This document shows, one piece after another, positions 1-24,304 of a stretch of DNA of 64,000 nt. A program made the position numbers and the translations under genes. How positions within the stretch are numbered: position 1 is the first letter of the stretch; each line of letters starts with the position of its first letter. A model generated the notes under the pieces. That model made no database searches. It saw nothing but the letters and a program-made list of their open reading frames with translations, and was not told the origin of the DNA. Source of the DNA: Balanoglossus misakiensis (taxonomy: Eukaryota > Animalia > Hemichordata); contig CM082592.2 of NCBI GenBank assembly GCA_040954595.2, positions 7,055,677 to 7,119,676 on the forward strand. Reading direction: 5' to 3'.

Positions 1-480
1 ATAGAATATTTATTTCCGATAGAGAATTTTTTCCCCCAGTGGGCTTGTTCTCAGCGTAGGAGGGTGATCTCGCAATGGTGGAACTGTGAAAAAGCTGTAT
101 TGACAAAGTTTTTTTTTCACAGGCACATTTTTGGTGCAGATGTTTAATTTTGGACGTTTCTTTAATGTTTTGTTGTCGAAATTGGATTTATTCCACCTGG
201 GCTTTGCGCGACAATTCTTATGTTCAAGGTCACTGTTTTGTTTTCAGTGGCTGTATTTAATAATAACGTACGAATGGGAATGTGAAATTTTTTTTCAGCG
301 CTGGAACCACACTGGAGGATGTCACAAATTGTGACAATATATCAAAACCATAAATCAGCCGTGGAACTGCAAAGAATTTGAAATCTGAAATTTTTGCTCG
401 CTGGCGGCCGTCCAACCCGTGACCCCTTTCGTCTCTTTTTAGCTTTAATGAAGGGAAAAACAATACCCGAGCTCATAACT

Positions 481-565
481 CCCTTCACCCCTTTATGGTG
501 GTCTAGCCCTGTAGCTTTCTATTTGTGAGGTCGGACCTTTGTACAGAGAAATAGGGGCATTAGGG
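481..565 (+). mobile_element. Degenerate copy of the 85-bp MITE (ZNRF3 intron)
   Basis: CCCTTCACCCC..ATGGT..TTTCTAT..GGACCT..AGAGAAATAGGGG..AGGG|TTAG; same length and motif order as 21150-21234. Confidence 0.55.
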
Positions 566-885
566 TTAGGGTGTCGTGACTTTTGGTGCAGTAAAGTGCC
601 GTCTATCTACAGTTGCTAACATCTGAGCAGATACAGACGCTCACATTTTGGATAAAATTGCAGGCAACTGAGATGTTGAATTTCAAGAAATGTATAGAGT
701 AGTAACATTTGAATTCAGGACTAGTGAACTTTACAAATTGTCGGTTTTCAAATAAATTAATCATTTCAGCGTGACACTTTGGTAACATATTTTTAATGCA
801 CAGCTTTGTGTTAATTATTATTAAACTTTCATTTGAATTTCATGTCACTGATTTTGCTGTATTTATTTTATTGCTCTCTCGACAG

Positions 886-13646
<12,761 letters not shown>

Positions 13647-16600
13647 GGAATTCATATGGCTTCCAAACTTATTATCAATATTTGAAAGAGAAATTTCAGT
13701 TCTCTGATTTTTTTGTCAAGTTCAAGATCTTGTTGTTTTTCATTCTTTTTATAATATAAATACAAAAAGCAATGTTTTTTGACACATACCTTTGTAATAT
13801 ATTACAAAAAAGAAACTACGACTATATTTATATATACTTTTGCTATCGATATGTATTTATTAAGTCTTTTTGAATATACCTCAGAGTTGTATGATTGGCT
13901 GAGCTGACCCACCTTTGTATGTTTGTTGTAAAATGATTTCTCTAAAGTTGACCTGCTTTTTATTAGAGTTTTGAAGGAAAGGAAACATTTTCATCTCATT
14001 TGCTTGTTTGCTGAAGGAAGTTCTGATAAAACTGTGTAGTGGCTTGCTTGGTTTGTGTAACCCCTCTCACACCCCTGCTTGAAAATGGTATGGTCTGCTG
14101 GATCATCGGAGCTTGACAGAGCCACGGGAACCTGGGTGTAGCATTTCTTTGGGCATTTTTTATTGTGGACTAAAATTTTTGTTTCCTGTTCGAAGTTTAG
14201 CGTTGTTATCGGTTTTGTCGAACTATATTTACAACATTATGGAATACACGGCATCCTGCAGCTACACAGTTTTAGAAACAGAAATGAGTCTTTGGGATTT
14301 TCGGAAACCCTACTAATCCGACCATTGTTCATTGCTGTAATGTCATGTTGCAATTACTTTTTGACCAGTGTGCTACGTGTCAACTCTCCATTTTATTATC
14401 AAATTTACTCGAGTTCAAAGTTGATATTGAATATTCCTCAGGGATATGAAAAAAAAACTAAATGATATTCTTTATTTGCATGTTCTCGTTCACTGTTATA
14501 TATTCGAGCTCTTGATGATTATTTTGAAAACTAACTCCAATGTTTGCCATCGAGTTTTTAATATGGATAATAATTAAGATAGCACAGAGTTTTTTAAGTT
14601 CAACTTTGTGTTGAAATTGTAATTGGGTTTCCGAATCTGAAGACATGTATTTTGTGATTACGGATTTGAAAGAGAGTGATAAAAACTGATGTGGAGCAGG
14701 GGAAGGAAAGAATGACTTAATAGTTTAGTGCTTAAACGTCACATCACGAAAATATATATTCTCCTGGCTAGATTCATGTTTTTGATGCCTTCAAACTACA
14801 AAAAGGGAGACCAATCTATTCCCGACCTACCTATATGGCATTATGCAAATGATTGAAAAGCCGCCATCGTTTTAAAATGGCAGATCTTTTTGACATTACA
14901 GCATTGACACTGGGATGGTTGCTTGCATTTGTCTGTTTGTCCACAGGAAACTCAAAATAATTTGTGTGTGTGTTTGTACAATTTTACTACAATTGTTGGT
15001 GCTATTGGCTGAAGACATGAAAAGTTCTCACGAAAACTGAGTTTTTTTAAAATAAATATTTCACTAGAAATCGTGCCTCTGAACAGGCGACTGGAACTTG
15101 ATTAATTCACTTGAACCAAAGTGTTGCAACAGTAGCTTTCAAATTCGGATTCCTAATTTATACGGAACGTGAAATATATCTATATGTACAGAATGAGCTT
15201 TAAGGAACCCCCACCGACCCTAGTGTATTGTCAATTTATTTCCTGTTTCTACCCTCAGTCTTGTGATTCTTTTCATCTGTGCAGTATTTTCGAGTCTCTG
15301 TTCCGGCATCTGTGCTTTTTTGAGCCTTTTTATTTAACTGTACTGTGACCCAGAGGAGGAAACGAGTCCAAACAAACCCTCAAATTATCTTTGAATGAAA
15401 TATTTGCTCTGGGGAAGTTAGAGAGAGCATTGTGTCTTTCTGGGAACGGTTTGGGCGTCATTCTCCCAGATAAGTGACACGCAGGAATGCAACTCAAAAT
15501 GGGGTCACCCGCTTTAGCAGAAGTCTTAAACAGGAAATGGCAGGAGAGTGTGGACTTCTGGGAAGATTTTACTTCCTCCTCTGTGAGCAGTCATTTCTGT
15601 CTGAATTTTTACCCTTTTCATCACCAGATTTTGGTGTGAACCCGTTGCTTTCAATAGCACGGTTCGTTCCATGTGCAGGGAAATAGGGATGAAAGGTTTG
15701 AAAAAAAAATGATGTGCCTTGTTTTTGTCGTACACGAGCCATTTACGGGACGAAGTTATTCTTCCAGTGCACAGTAAATGATCAGAAAATGAGAGGAACT
15801 CTCCTTAATGTCAGATATTCAGGAAACTTTGACAGGGCTGGGATTGAAAATATATATTTGACACTGAGTTATGATGAAATTTTACTGCGAAAAATGACCA
15901 ATTGTGTGTTCTTTTTGGTGAATGTTTTCAAAGGCACTACCGTTTCTGTAATTTTATTTACAAGAGCATTCGATTTTCCCTGATGTGTAGTCTGGTAGTG
16001 CTAAGCTGTGGTCCAATCAAAAGTGTGGAGAAACCTTCAGCAGATTCTTTGCATTTGAATATTATTTGTCCTCTGATCACAGTGTGTGAAAAAATCACTT
16101 GCCTGAGCTTGTAGTTTGCCTTTTTTATGCCCAAGTCTATGTTTTAGCTGGTACCTTTTTTGATTATCACAGAATTATTGACTGATGGGGGGCCAATGGA
16201 GGACATGGTCGGGCTAGTGAGTTCTTTGGGACAAACTAGACAACCAGATCAAAAATTGTCCGCCTCACCTGTGAGCCAGAGGAACTATTACTGTGCACCG
16301 GTAGAACTTGTCCAAATCTTGTTTGATTGGTAAATTAGCACACTGCATGGATCCCTGAAATATAAGTATAACAGCATTAAAAATTTTGCTCTTTGCAAAC
16401 AGACAATGTGTGAATGAATTCGATTCAGAAAAGAACTCAAACAGGGCTTTCAGATGGATAATTGGAAGTAGTGGATTTTTGTCTTGAAAACACTGCAGTG
16501 CTAGATGACTTTACATATAGCGCACATAAATATCGCCAGTTGGTGTTACCATATGTTTTTGCTGGCTGACCTTGAAAAAAATTAATGAAAGCCCTGGTTT

Positions 16601-17977
16601 CTGGATCAGAGAGACCTTAATTATCAATAAGTCCAAGATGTGATTATTACAGAATTTTTTGGTGCCTTGTATAATATCCTACAAAAACACGAACCTTTTT
16701 GTGTCTGCATTCTCAAGATTTCCAGTAAGATGTCATGAATACCTCCAGTTTCCCTGCAGAGTGGGGGAGTAATGGCTCCTCAATATAGTCAGGGTGGTTG
16801 TATGTTTGTTTCAGTGAGTCAGAAACTCAACAATGACCTGCCACATTCCTTCTGATCAGGTCTTCGTGGTGTGCTGCAAAAGACGACAGAATCTCAAATC
16901 TCTGTGACCCTGAATCTGAACGTTGATTTGTTTTTATTTCCTCCGCGAGGAAGCAGTATAATCAGCCCAGTCTTGTTTTTTTTAAACTTTGTTTTAGTTG
17001 TAACTCACAACACTTCCATAGTATTATTTATTTATATTGTTTACAACACAAATATTTGAAGAGATGATGTCGCTGATTGTTTTTTTTTATTAGGAATGGA
17101 TAAAGAAAGAGACGTTTTTATGTGTGAAATAAACTTGTATGGCCTCCATATTGTGTGGCTCGTTTAACATGGAACAAGGCTTGAGTTTGTCTTATGTAAC
17201 TCGTTTGTGTGTGTGTGCCGTGTGTCAGGTGCATGTGTTCGTGTGTGTGTTTATGCCTGTGTGTTATGCCAGACACCCCATGTCTTCGATTTTCTGCATT
17301 TCACTGTGTATAAATATGGCACGCATACCATATGTATACAGAAGCTTAGAGTTCATTTGTCAACAGTATCTCAGTTGTTGCACTTGGTTATTAAGTTTAT
17401 AGTCCAATAAAAACTGAAAATATGTTCAAGCTTGGTTGACAAGCAGAGAGAACAGGTATGGCTGCCCATGTAACTGAAGAAACTTCAGTTGATACTTGGT
17501 ATAAACCTATTAAAAAGTATCATTAAAAAATTACAGCTTCAATTATGTTGTCGTTGGTGGCGCGCTTCAAATCGTGAACTTTCGTGTTCAACACGTGTTT
17601 GTTTAATATTTCACGGAATAACGCAACGGGGGTTCGACTTTCATTAGTAATTTCCCTATTTCCTAAAAGTTAGTTCATTATTGAGTATTAATTTTATCGC
17701 CAGCATTCGACGTGACAACCACTATATATATATTTTTGTGACCAGTTTTAGCTCTAGACTTCAACAGTGCTAAAACATTAAACTGAAATATTTCAGCTTC
17801 TGGGACTTTGGCAAAAATATTTTTACCCTCAGGCCTTATCAAGAAACAAATAACTATTTCAAAAGGTGGTATGCGGCTGTGCATGAATTACTTACCGACG
17901 CCGACATCGTCAAAAACCAAAGGATAAGTTGAGCGTGTTACATACAGCTCCGGCCATCATGAAAATAGCCATGTCAG

Positions 17978-17995
17978 ATTCTAGGGGGCGCTACA
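17978..17995 (+). promoter_or_regulatory. CTCF-like motif between the convergent ZNRF3 and RPA1 3' ends
   Basis: TTCTAGGGGGCGCTAC resembles the CTCF core (CTAGGGGGCGC). It lies between the ZNRF3 AATAAA (17406-17411) and the RPA1 minus-strand AATAAA (18114-18119). Confidence 0.4.
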
Positions 17996-18665
17996 TACGA
18001 CAGTCCGATGGTCACGTGTTATCCATACAGAAATCGAGACTGCTTTTGGAAATGTTCTCAACTGCACAGCAAACTTGAAACTTTTAATCATTTTTTTTAA
18101 ATAAATAGTTCAATTTATTGAACATTTTCTCAAATTACCAAGCAATCACAAAAAACACCAAGCAAGTACACTAGAACTGTTCTTTATTTGGCTCCAGTGA
18201 AACCAGAACATTCCTTTCGTATCACAAGCTCAGACATTCCAAAGTAAAACAGAGTAACAGAACAATATAGGGGTCAAACGATTAAATACTTTTGAACGTT
18301 GTCTACTTCTATACAACACTCAGAAATGAAACCTACAATTAAAATAAATAAATTGTAGAGGAACAATAATATAACTATAACTGTTGATCAAGAGAACTGA
18401 TAGTTCAAACTAAAAAAAACAACTAAACTTACTACAGATAGTACAATTTAACTGCCTGCTCCATCACAAGTTTCTGACTGACTGTGTACCAAAAAACTTG
18501 ATAGCGAGTAAATTCCGTGATTACTCAAAAAAAAACAGTGACATACATGTTCCGGATTGGTTTGTTCATCTGGCAATGTCACATGTATGATGGATAAGGA
18601 AAATGAATAAACCAAAACAAGAGAGGTGATCCGATGCGTAAAACGAAAACCAGGGCGGGATTGTT

Positions 18666-21600
18666 TTAAAGAGACATCATGTTCTTGATGTCCATGATGA
18701 GTTTCTTGCTGTATTCCTTGCAATCCACCGGCTTGAGGTCCATCACCGACGATTTCACACGACTTTCCTCCTGTCAGGGGGAAACGGAGAAAAGAAATGT
18801 TGTGCATCACCGGAGTAAAGAAACCATTACGCTGCCCTGCATGAAACACATGCATGTCTGTGTCTTTCACTGTCCAATAGTCAGTTGTCAGCCTTTTTCT
18901 GTGTGCACGTGTTATAATGTTTCTTGCAGTTTTTGGCATCCATCCACTGACCTTTTGATATCATCAATTACTTACGTTGTACGTCTCTTGCTTGATTCTC
19001 ATTCTGAAAATGTACGACTTGAAGTTTGCTTCCTGGAAGAGTTCGTCGTACTCGGCTTCATTCTGCAGACAGAGGGTTAGCAACAGCGTGAGAAAAAAAT
19101 CACTCATTGACAAATTCCACACTGCACCTCAACTCTTAAGATTCAAAATCTGCCACAAGGGTTTAAAATCACAACTGACCGTGTCTTTGAGAGTGCCCAC
19201 GTAGTCTGCATTCTGTCCCAGCATGGTCTCAGCTTTTTCCTGGAAACTAGTCGCCCACTGGCCGTCACCAAAGTCTACTATGTTAGCCTGGAGACCAGAG
19301 GGAAAAAAATCCACGTCAATCCAGTATTCATATTACCATGGTAATAAGAAATGGGGGGGGGGGGGGGAATAAACTCAGATGTCACAAAAAATTAATTCAT
19401 GCCACTTACCGAGACCATCAATCTGTACTTGAAGTCGGGATAATCTTTGTTGCATTTTTCACAGCGGTAACTTCCGTCGTTGTTGTCGGTCACTTTTTTG
19501 TTGCATTCGGCCGACGGACAGGCCTGCAAGAGATAATTTTCCGCTCATTGTGAGACCTGGTCAATTACCGCACCAACAGGTTGCTGGCCAAGTAATACAC
19601 GTCAGGCTTTGTATGAAACTAGAATAAGTAATACATTGGTCAGCGAGGGTATTGTGAGTTCTCCTTTCATGGTAGTTTGAGAACGTACCTTGTACACGCT
19701 GTTTTCCTTCCTGATAAAGATGACAGTGGCTTTAGCAGTGATGTAGTCAGGCTGTTCGGGGGAAAAAATAACAGAGGAAAGTTAGCTGAATTGTAAACAA
19801 CATGATTTTTTAAAGCTTTAAGATCAGATTAGAAAAAAATGTCAACAACAAAAAACACAACCAGTGCATCCCTATAGCAGGTAATCGAGCAACCATTGTC
19901 TGATTAAAAAAATTCATTCCCCACCTTCACTCCAAAACCAAGGTTCTCCGTCTTCACTTCCAGCAGATTCTTCCAGTTGGAGGAAGCTCCGGGTGTTCTG
20001 TTATCCGAGATGGACTGGATCTCCTTGGAACGCCCCACGCCATCATACCTGGGGGGGAGGCCAAGAAATTCAGTCAATTTCCCCACGAGGGCTTTCTTGA
20101 TAACTACATGTACTCTCCAATCGGTCTAAACTGGACCTTGTGTCAGCTGAAACATTATCTTTACTTGGCACTTTGTGTGCATCGTCTTTCACACTGTCCC
20201 ATTGCCAGAGAGGCACATCTGAAATCCATCAACACAAGACACTTACCAGCCCCTCAGGTGATGAGCCCTGGGGATGTCCGGGTTGATCTGTACAGTACTG
20301 GATTGGAGTACGGACAACGATCGGCCTCCAAAGTCAGACACCCTGGCACCTTTCACAGCTATCACTGGGAAGTCAGAGCCGTCAAACTTTTCAGCCTGAA
20401 AGAGTAAAAATAATTACAAATTTTTTCTGGATCATCGATACACCACCATCCATATGATTCCTGATCACAGATTTCTTAGCGCATTTCTTCTTCAAATCAA
20501 ACTTTCTAACACAAAGCGAATGCACTCACATCCTCCCCCCAGAGTGTCACGGAAACCACTTTTTCCGAATCATCCACAAGATGGAGCTCCTTCTTGCTGA
20601 CTTCCTTGTTCGTGTTCCTGGTGGTGATCGTCGCCAGATCGCCCGTACTCTTACAGACACCAATGATGTCTGGGGGGAAAAAGAGAGAGCTTGTTACATT
20701 TAACATCTGTGTATGGAAATCAAGCAGACAGAGGTCAAGGTTCACCATGGCCAACTTACCAACCATGCTGTCTTTTTCAATTTCTTCCAGTTTGCTGATT
20801 GGCTGGAAGTCAAACTGTACATTTGGGATGTCGTCAGTGTCGTCGTCACACGGGATCACCTGCGTCTCATTGGTAAATGTCATCTCGTAGTCGTTCTTGA
20901 TCGAGGTGTACTGTTTGTTGGCAGTCTTCAAAGTGCCCCTCTGGATATAGTACACCTGGGGAGTTGAAACAATGGGAGTTGATTGGTGGGCGAGTGTACA
21001 TGATTCGTCCAATCAAATTGAAGGTTTAAAGCGATCACGGTAGACACAAACAATAAATTTATATCACAACAGAAATTAGGGTTAGGGATTAATTAACTCC
21101 AGTAGTCACATTTCAAGTGACTCACCCCAGCTTTGGATGAACAATTTGACCCTTTCACCACCATGGTTCAGTCCGAACCCATTGTTTTCTATGGGACGGT
21201 TGGACCTCTAAAGAGGGAACTGGGGGTGAAAGGGTTAAACCCCTCACAAAACGCACCTTGCCAACTTCCACCATGTCGAAAAACTTGCGGCACTGGTCGT
21301 TGAAAGCCGTCGATCGGATTTCGGCCGAGTCGTCGATGAGATCCATGGAGAAGAGACAGCCATCGCCGCGCGAGTTGCTCCAGTTACGAATCTTGCCTTT
21401 GTTGGTGACGCGCGCCTTGATGGTCCATCTGAAACACAGACGTCGATTCCTTGAATTTCTAACGAGGATTCTTCCAATAAACTTGTTTTTTTTGGGTCAA
21501 TTTTACACACACTTCAACTGTTGGGGTTGTAAATGATGGTGCTCTAACTTGTCCCTGTGTATAAGGTTGAATGCTAGGGACCAACTCCTACCTACCTGTT

Positions 21601-23628
21601 CTGATAGGGAGTCAGACTGGCAATGGGAAACACTTTTGAGATTCCGCCCCCTGGAGTGGTTGGCATCCGTGGCATCTCGCTGGCTGGGAAAGCATCTGTG
21701 ATACAGGGAATACACCGAACGCTATTGTCAGGGGCGCGTCAATATGGGGAGGAAAAACTGTTGATGGTAATTCATTCACAGAGAAACGCGCCAATTTCAG
21801 TTAAGTTACTCGCCACATACATCCAACATTCATGGCGTTGTTTTGCTCTGGTGAAGACTTTTCAAAACTGTCAAGATGTGTGTATAACTTGCTAGGAGGA
21901 CTATCTTGGAAAAACAAATCTTTACCTTTGGCTTCTGGTCTTGACGCTTTTTGAACTGACAAAAAAAATCACGAAAATAAAATTTTACCGAAACCTGTGA
22001 TTGTTGGGTGAAGAAAAGAAATCACTTTTCGCCAGCTTGCCAACAGTATTGAGCTTTCGCAGATGATGAGGAAGAAAAAATGGAAATCTACTGAGATAAA
22101 TTTGGGGACAAAAATTACCTGGTTTATCACCTTTGGCGGCCGCAGCACCCAGGGGTTCAGGGTTACCGATCTTGGTCAAGACCTGACTGCTGGGGGCTAT
22201 CACTGTTATATCCAGGATGATCATCACACGTCTGCAGAGATCAAACACGAAAAGAAAAATCTTTTTAAAAAAAAGATCTTTCGATGACAATCGACTGTTA
22301 CAGCAACTCTAGCGAGAAATGACTATTTCACTGTTCAATACCGGAAATGTCCGTCGGTAACTTATAATGGCATAAAAATGAAGAAGCACTCACTTGTTGC
22401 CGGCAATAGTATTACAGATGTATTTATCCAACTGTATGACAGTTCTGAAATCAAAGCTGCCATCGTCCACTTTTTGATTCAGCTGTGTTGCCAACATTGC
22501 TGCAACCAAAAAGAATATTATGTTGAAAACAAACTTTCAAGCCACTGTTACAATCGCCTGGCTTTCTATTCTGTGACCACCTGGTACATCCATTCACTTG
22601 CTCCTTCAACTGAAAAGTAAGAGAGACTAAAAATACTTTTTTTACCTGAATGACTTTTGACTCCATCTGAGAGAAGCAAGCGATATCTGTCAGTGCTGGA
22701 CTGTACTGTCGGACTGTTGATCTTCTTACAACCCTAATTAATGCATACAAACAGCAAGAAAATTGGAAAATAAAAATAAGAGCATGTCATTTGGCAAACT
22801 TTACCCCACTATAAACTTCACTATGGGGAAACGGTTTCTGTTTTCCAAAAGGATGCTACAGAGATGGCTGCTAGATTGTGATAACCCAATGTTTTAACAG
22901 GTCTGACTAAGATTGGAATCAGGCATCAAGTGTTTCACAACGTTCACTCTTTACTGACTTGGCAGCTTATACATGGAAGTTAAAATTATATTACAACCAA
23001 TACTGACCAGTATAAAACTCGACACTTACCAAAACCTGAAACACTGGTTTTTGTGGCTGGTTCCCATTGGCTATACCCTATGTAAAATGAATGAGTATGA
23101 ATTGATTGCTTTCATGCAAATGACAACGCAAGAATCACTGTATATCCAAGAAACTGAAAGTATCTTCATCATTTGTCACCCCTTCTGGTGCGATCTGATA
23201 AGGACAGCTCAAAAATTGCACATGTATGATGTACTGTCAATGTGTCATGTGACCCTGGTTTATTTACATGTGATTGGGTACGTTACATAAACATAACAGC
23301 TGCAGTGTCAATTTCCTCAAGAAGTTGGGAAACAAACACATCGTTCACAAGTTTGCAATCTGCATAAGGTTGCAATCTGTACTGTATGAACCTCTACTAC
23401 TCACATAACTTAAGTGTTAAACATAGAATGATACATTGATAGACTAATAGAGGTTGTTTGATCAGATTGTCTCAACTCTCATTCATTTGCTTCTAAGGTT
23501 CCAGCTCAGTCGTGTGTACATGTACTCGCTGCAGAGCCCAGATTCGGATCTCTGCCGAAACATCGCCGATTTCTCTTGTTTTAGTGATGTCTTACCTCTA
23601 TAGCACCAGTTGTCAAACGAAAGCTCAT
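18666..23628 (-). CDS. RPA1: Replication protein A 70 kDa subunit; spliced
   Basis: Minus-strand exons: 23596-23628 ([14 protein letters not shown]), 23030-23077, 22646-22733 (RYRLLLSDG), 22394-22499 (AMLATQLN), 22119-22231, 21926-21955, 21596-21695 ([10 protein letters not shown]), 21257-21428 ([16 protein letters not shown]), 20760-20955, 20530-20669, 20247-20395 ([14 protein letters not shown]), 19925-20048, 19689-19751, 19410-19523 (C4 zinc finger [15 protein letters not shown]), 19180-19287, 18976-19062, 18666-18770 (TAA). Confidence 0.96.
21150..21234 (+). mobile_element. 85-bp piggyBac-type MITE (RPA1 intron)
   Basis: TIR CCCTTTCACC...GGTGAAAGGG flanked by TTGA/TTAA. Clearly similar to the reverse complement of 60380-60464 and the same length. 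Confidence 0.8.
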
Positions 23629-24304
23629 GTCTGCGAACGGCAAGTTCTAAACAACCTCGCAATCCACTGTCTCGCTGATTACGCAGTTTTTCCGCGCCAA
23701 ATTGTCCAAATCAAAAACACGGGCCTAGTTGAGAATCTCACGAGAACTTCTGCGTGACCATCCCATTCGTAAATTAGGGGGTGACAAAGTTTACATCAAA
23801 TCATACATCATAAAGTGTACTATTTGATCTTCATTCGAAGTAAATTTTAAAATTAAACACAGCAAAGTGCATTTATGTAATCTAAAATACAGTAATATAA
23901 TTTAATTGCCCAGGAAATGTGTCTGCAATTTCGCATACTAATAGAAGACTGCGAGCGAGGATAGATTAACCTTTTGACCTGAAATTGACCTGTCAACTTG
24001 GATCGATGACGTCACTGCAGAAAGTGAGTTCACAGTATACGGATCGGAGTCTTTCGAAAACTGCATGAGTGTGATTTATAACTGTAAAGTTTCAACTTGT
24101 ATTGTACATCGCAGCTAAGGACGTGTCTTGATTTGTATAATTGGAGAATTCTTGTTGAGGTGAGACAACGGCCAGGGTGTTTCTCACTTCCGGTGATGTT
24201 TGATGACTTGAGTTTTGATTCTTGAAGTTGGCGAGTTGTTTACAAACAACAACTGGTGATGACGGAACAAGGAGAATTCAAGCGATGACCCACACAATCA
24301 TAAA
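23629..24304. promoter_or_regulatory. Bidirectional promoter / 5' UTR region RPA1 <-> NF2
   Basis: Divergent ATGs 676 bp apart. E2F-type TTTTTCCGCGCCAAA at 23687-23701, TCTCACGAGA (variant of the TCTCGCGAGA promoter palindrome) at 23736-23745, full CRE TGACGTCA at 24007-24014. Confidence 0.7.

Noticed and set aside
13647-17411. miRNA seed matches in the ZNRF3 3' UTR (GTGCCTT near 15714 and 16662; CAGTATT near 15282)
   Set aside because: 7-mers are expected by chance in 3.8 kb and cannot be supported without conservation data.
18448-19080. 163-aa and 133-aa ORFs
   Set aside because: Off-frame or antisense overlaps of the last RPA1 exons and introns.
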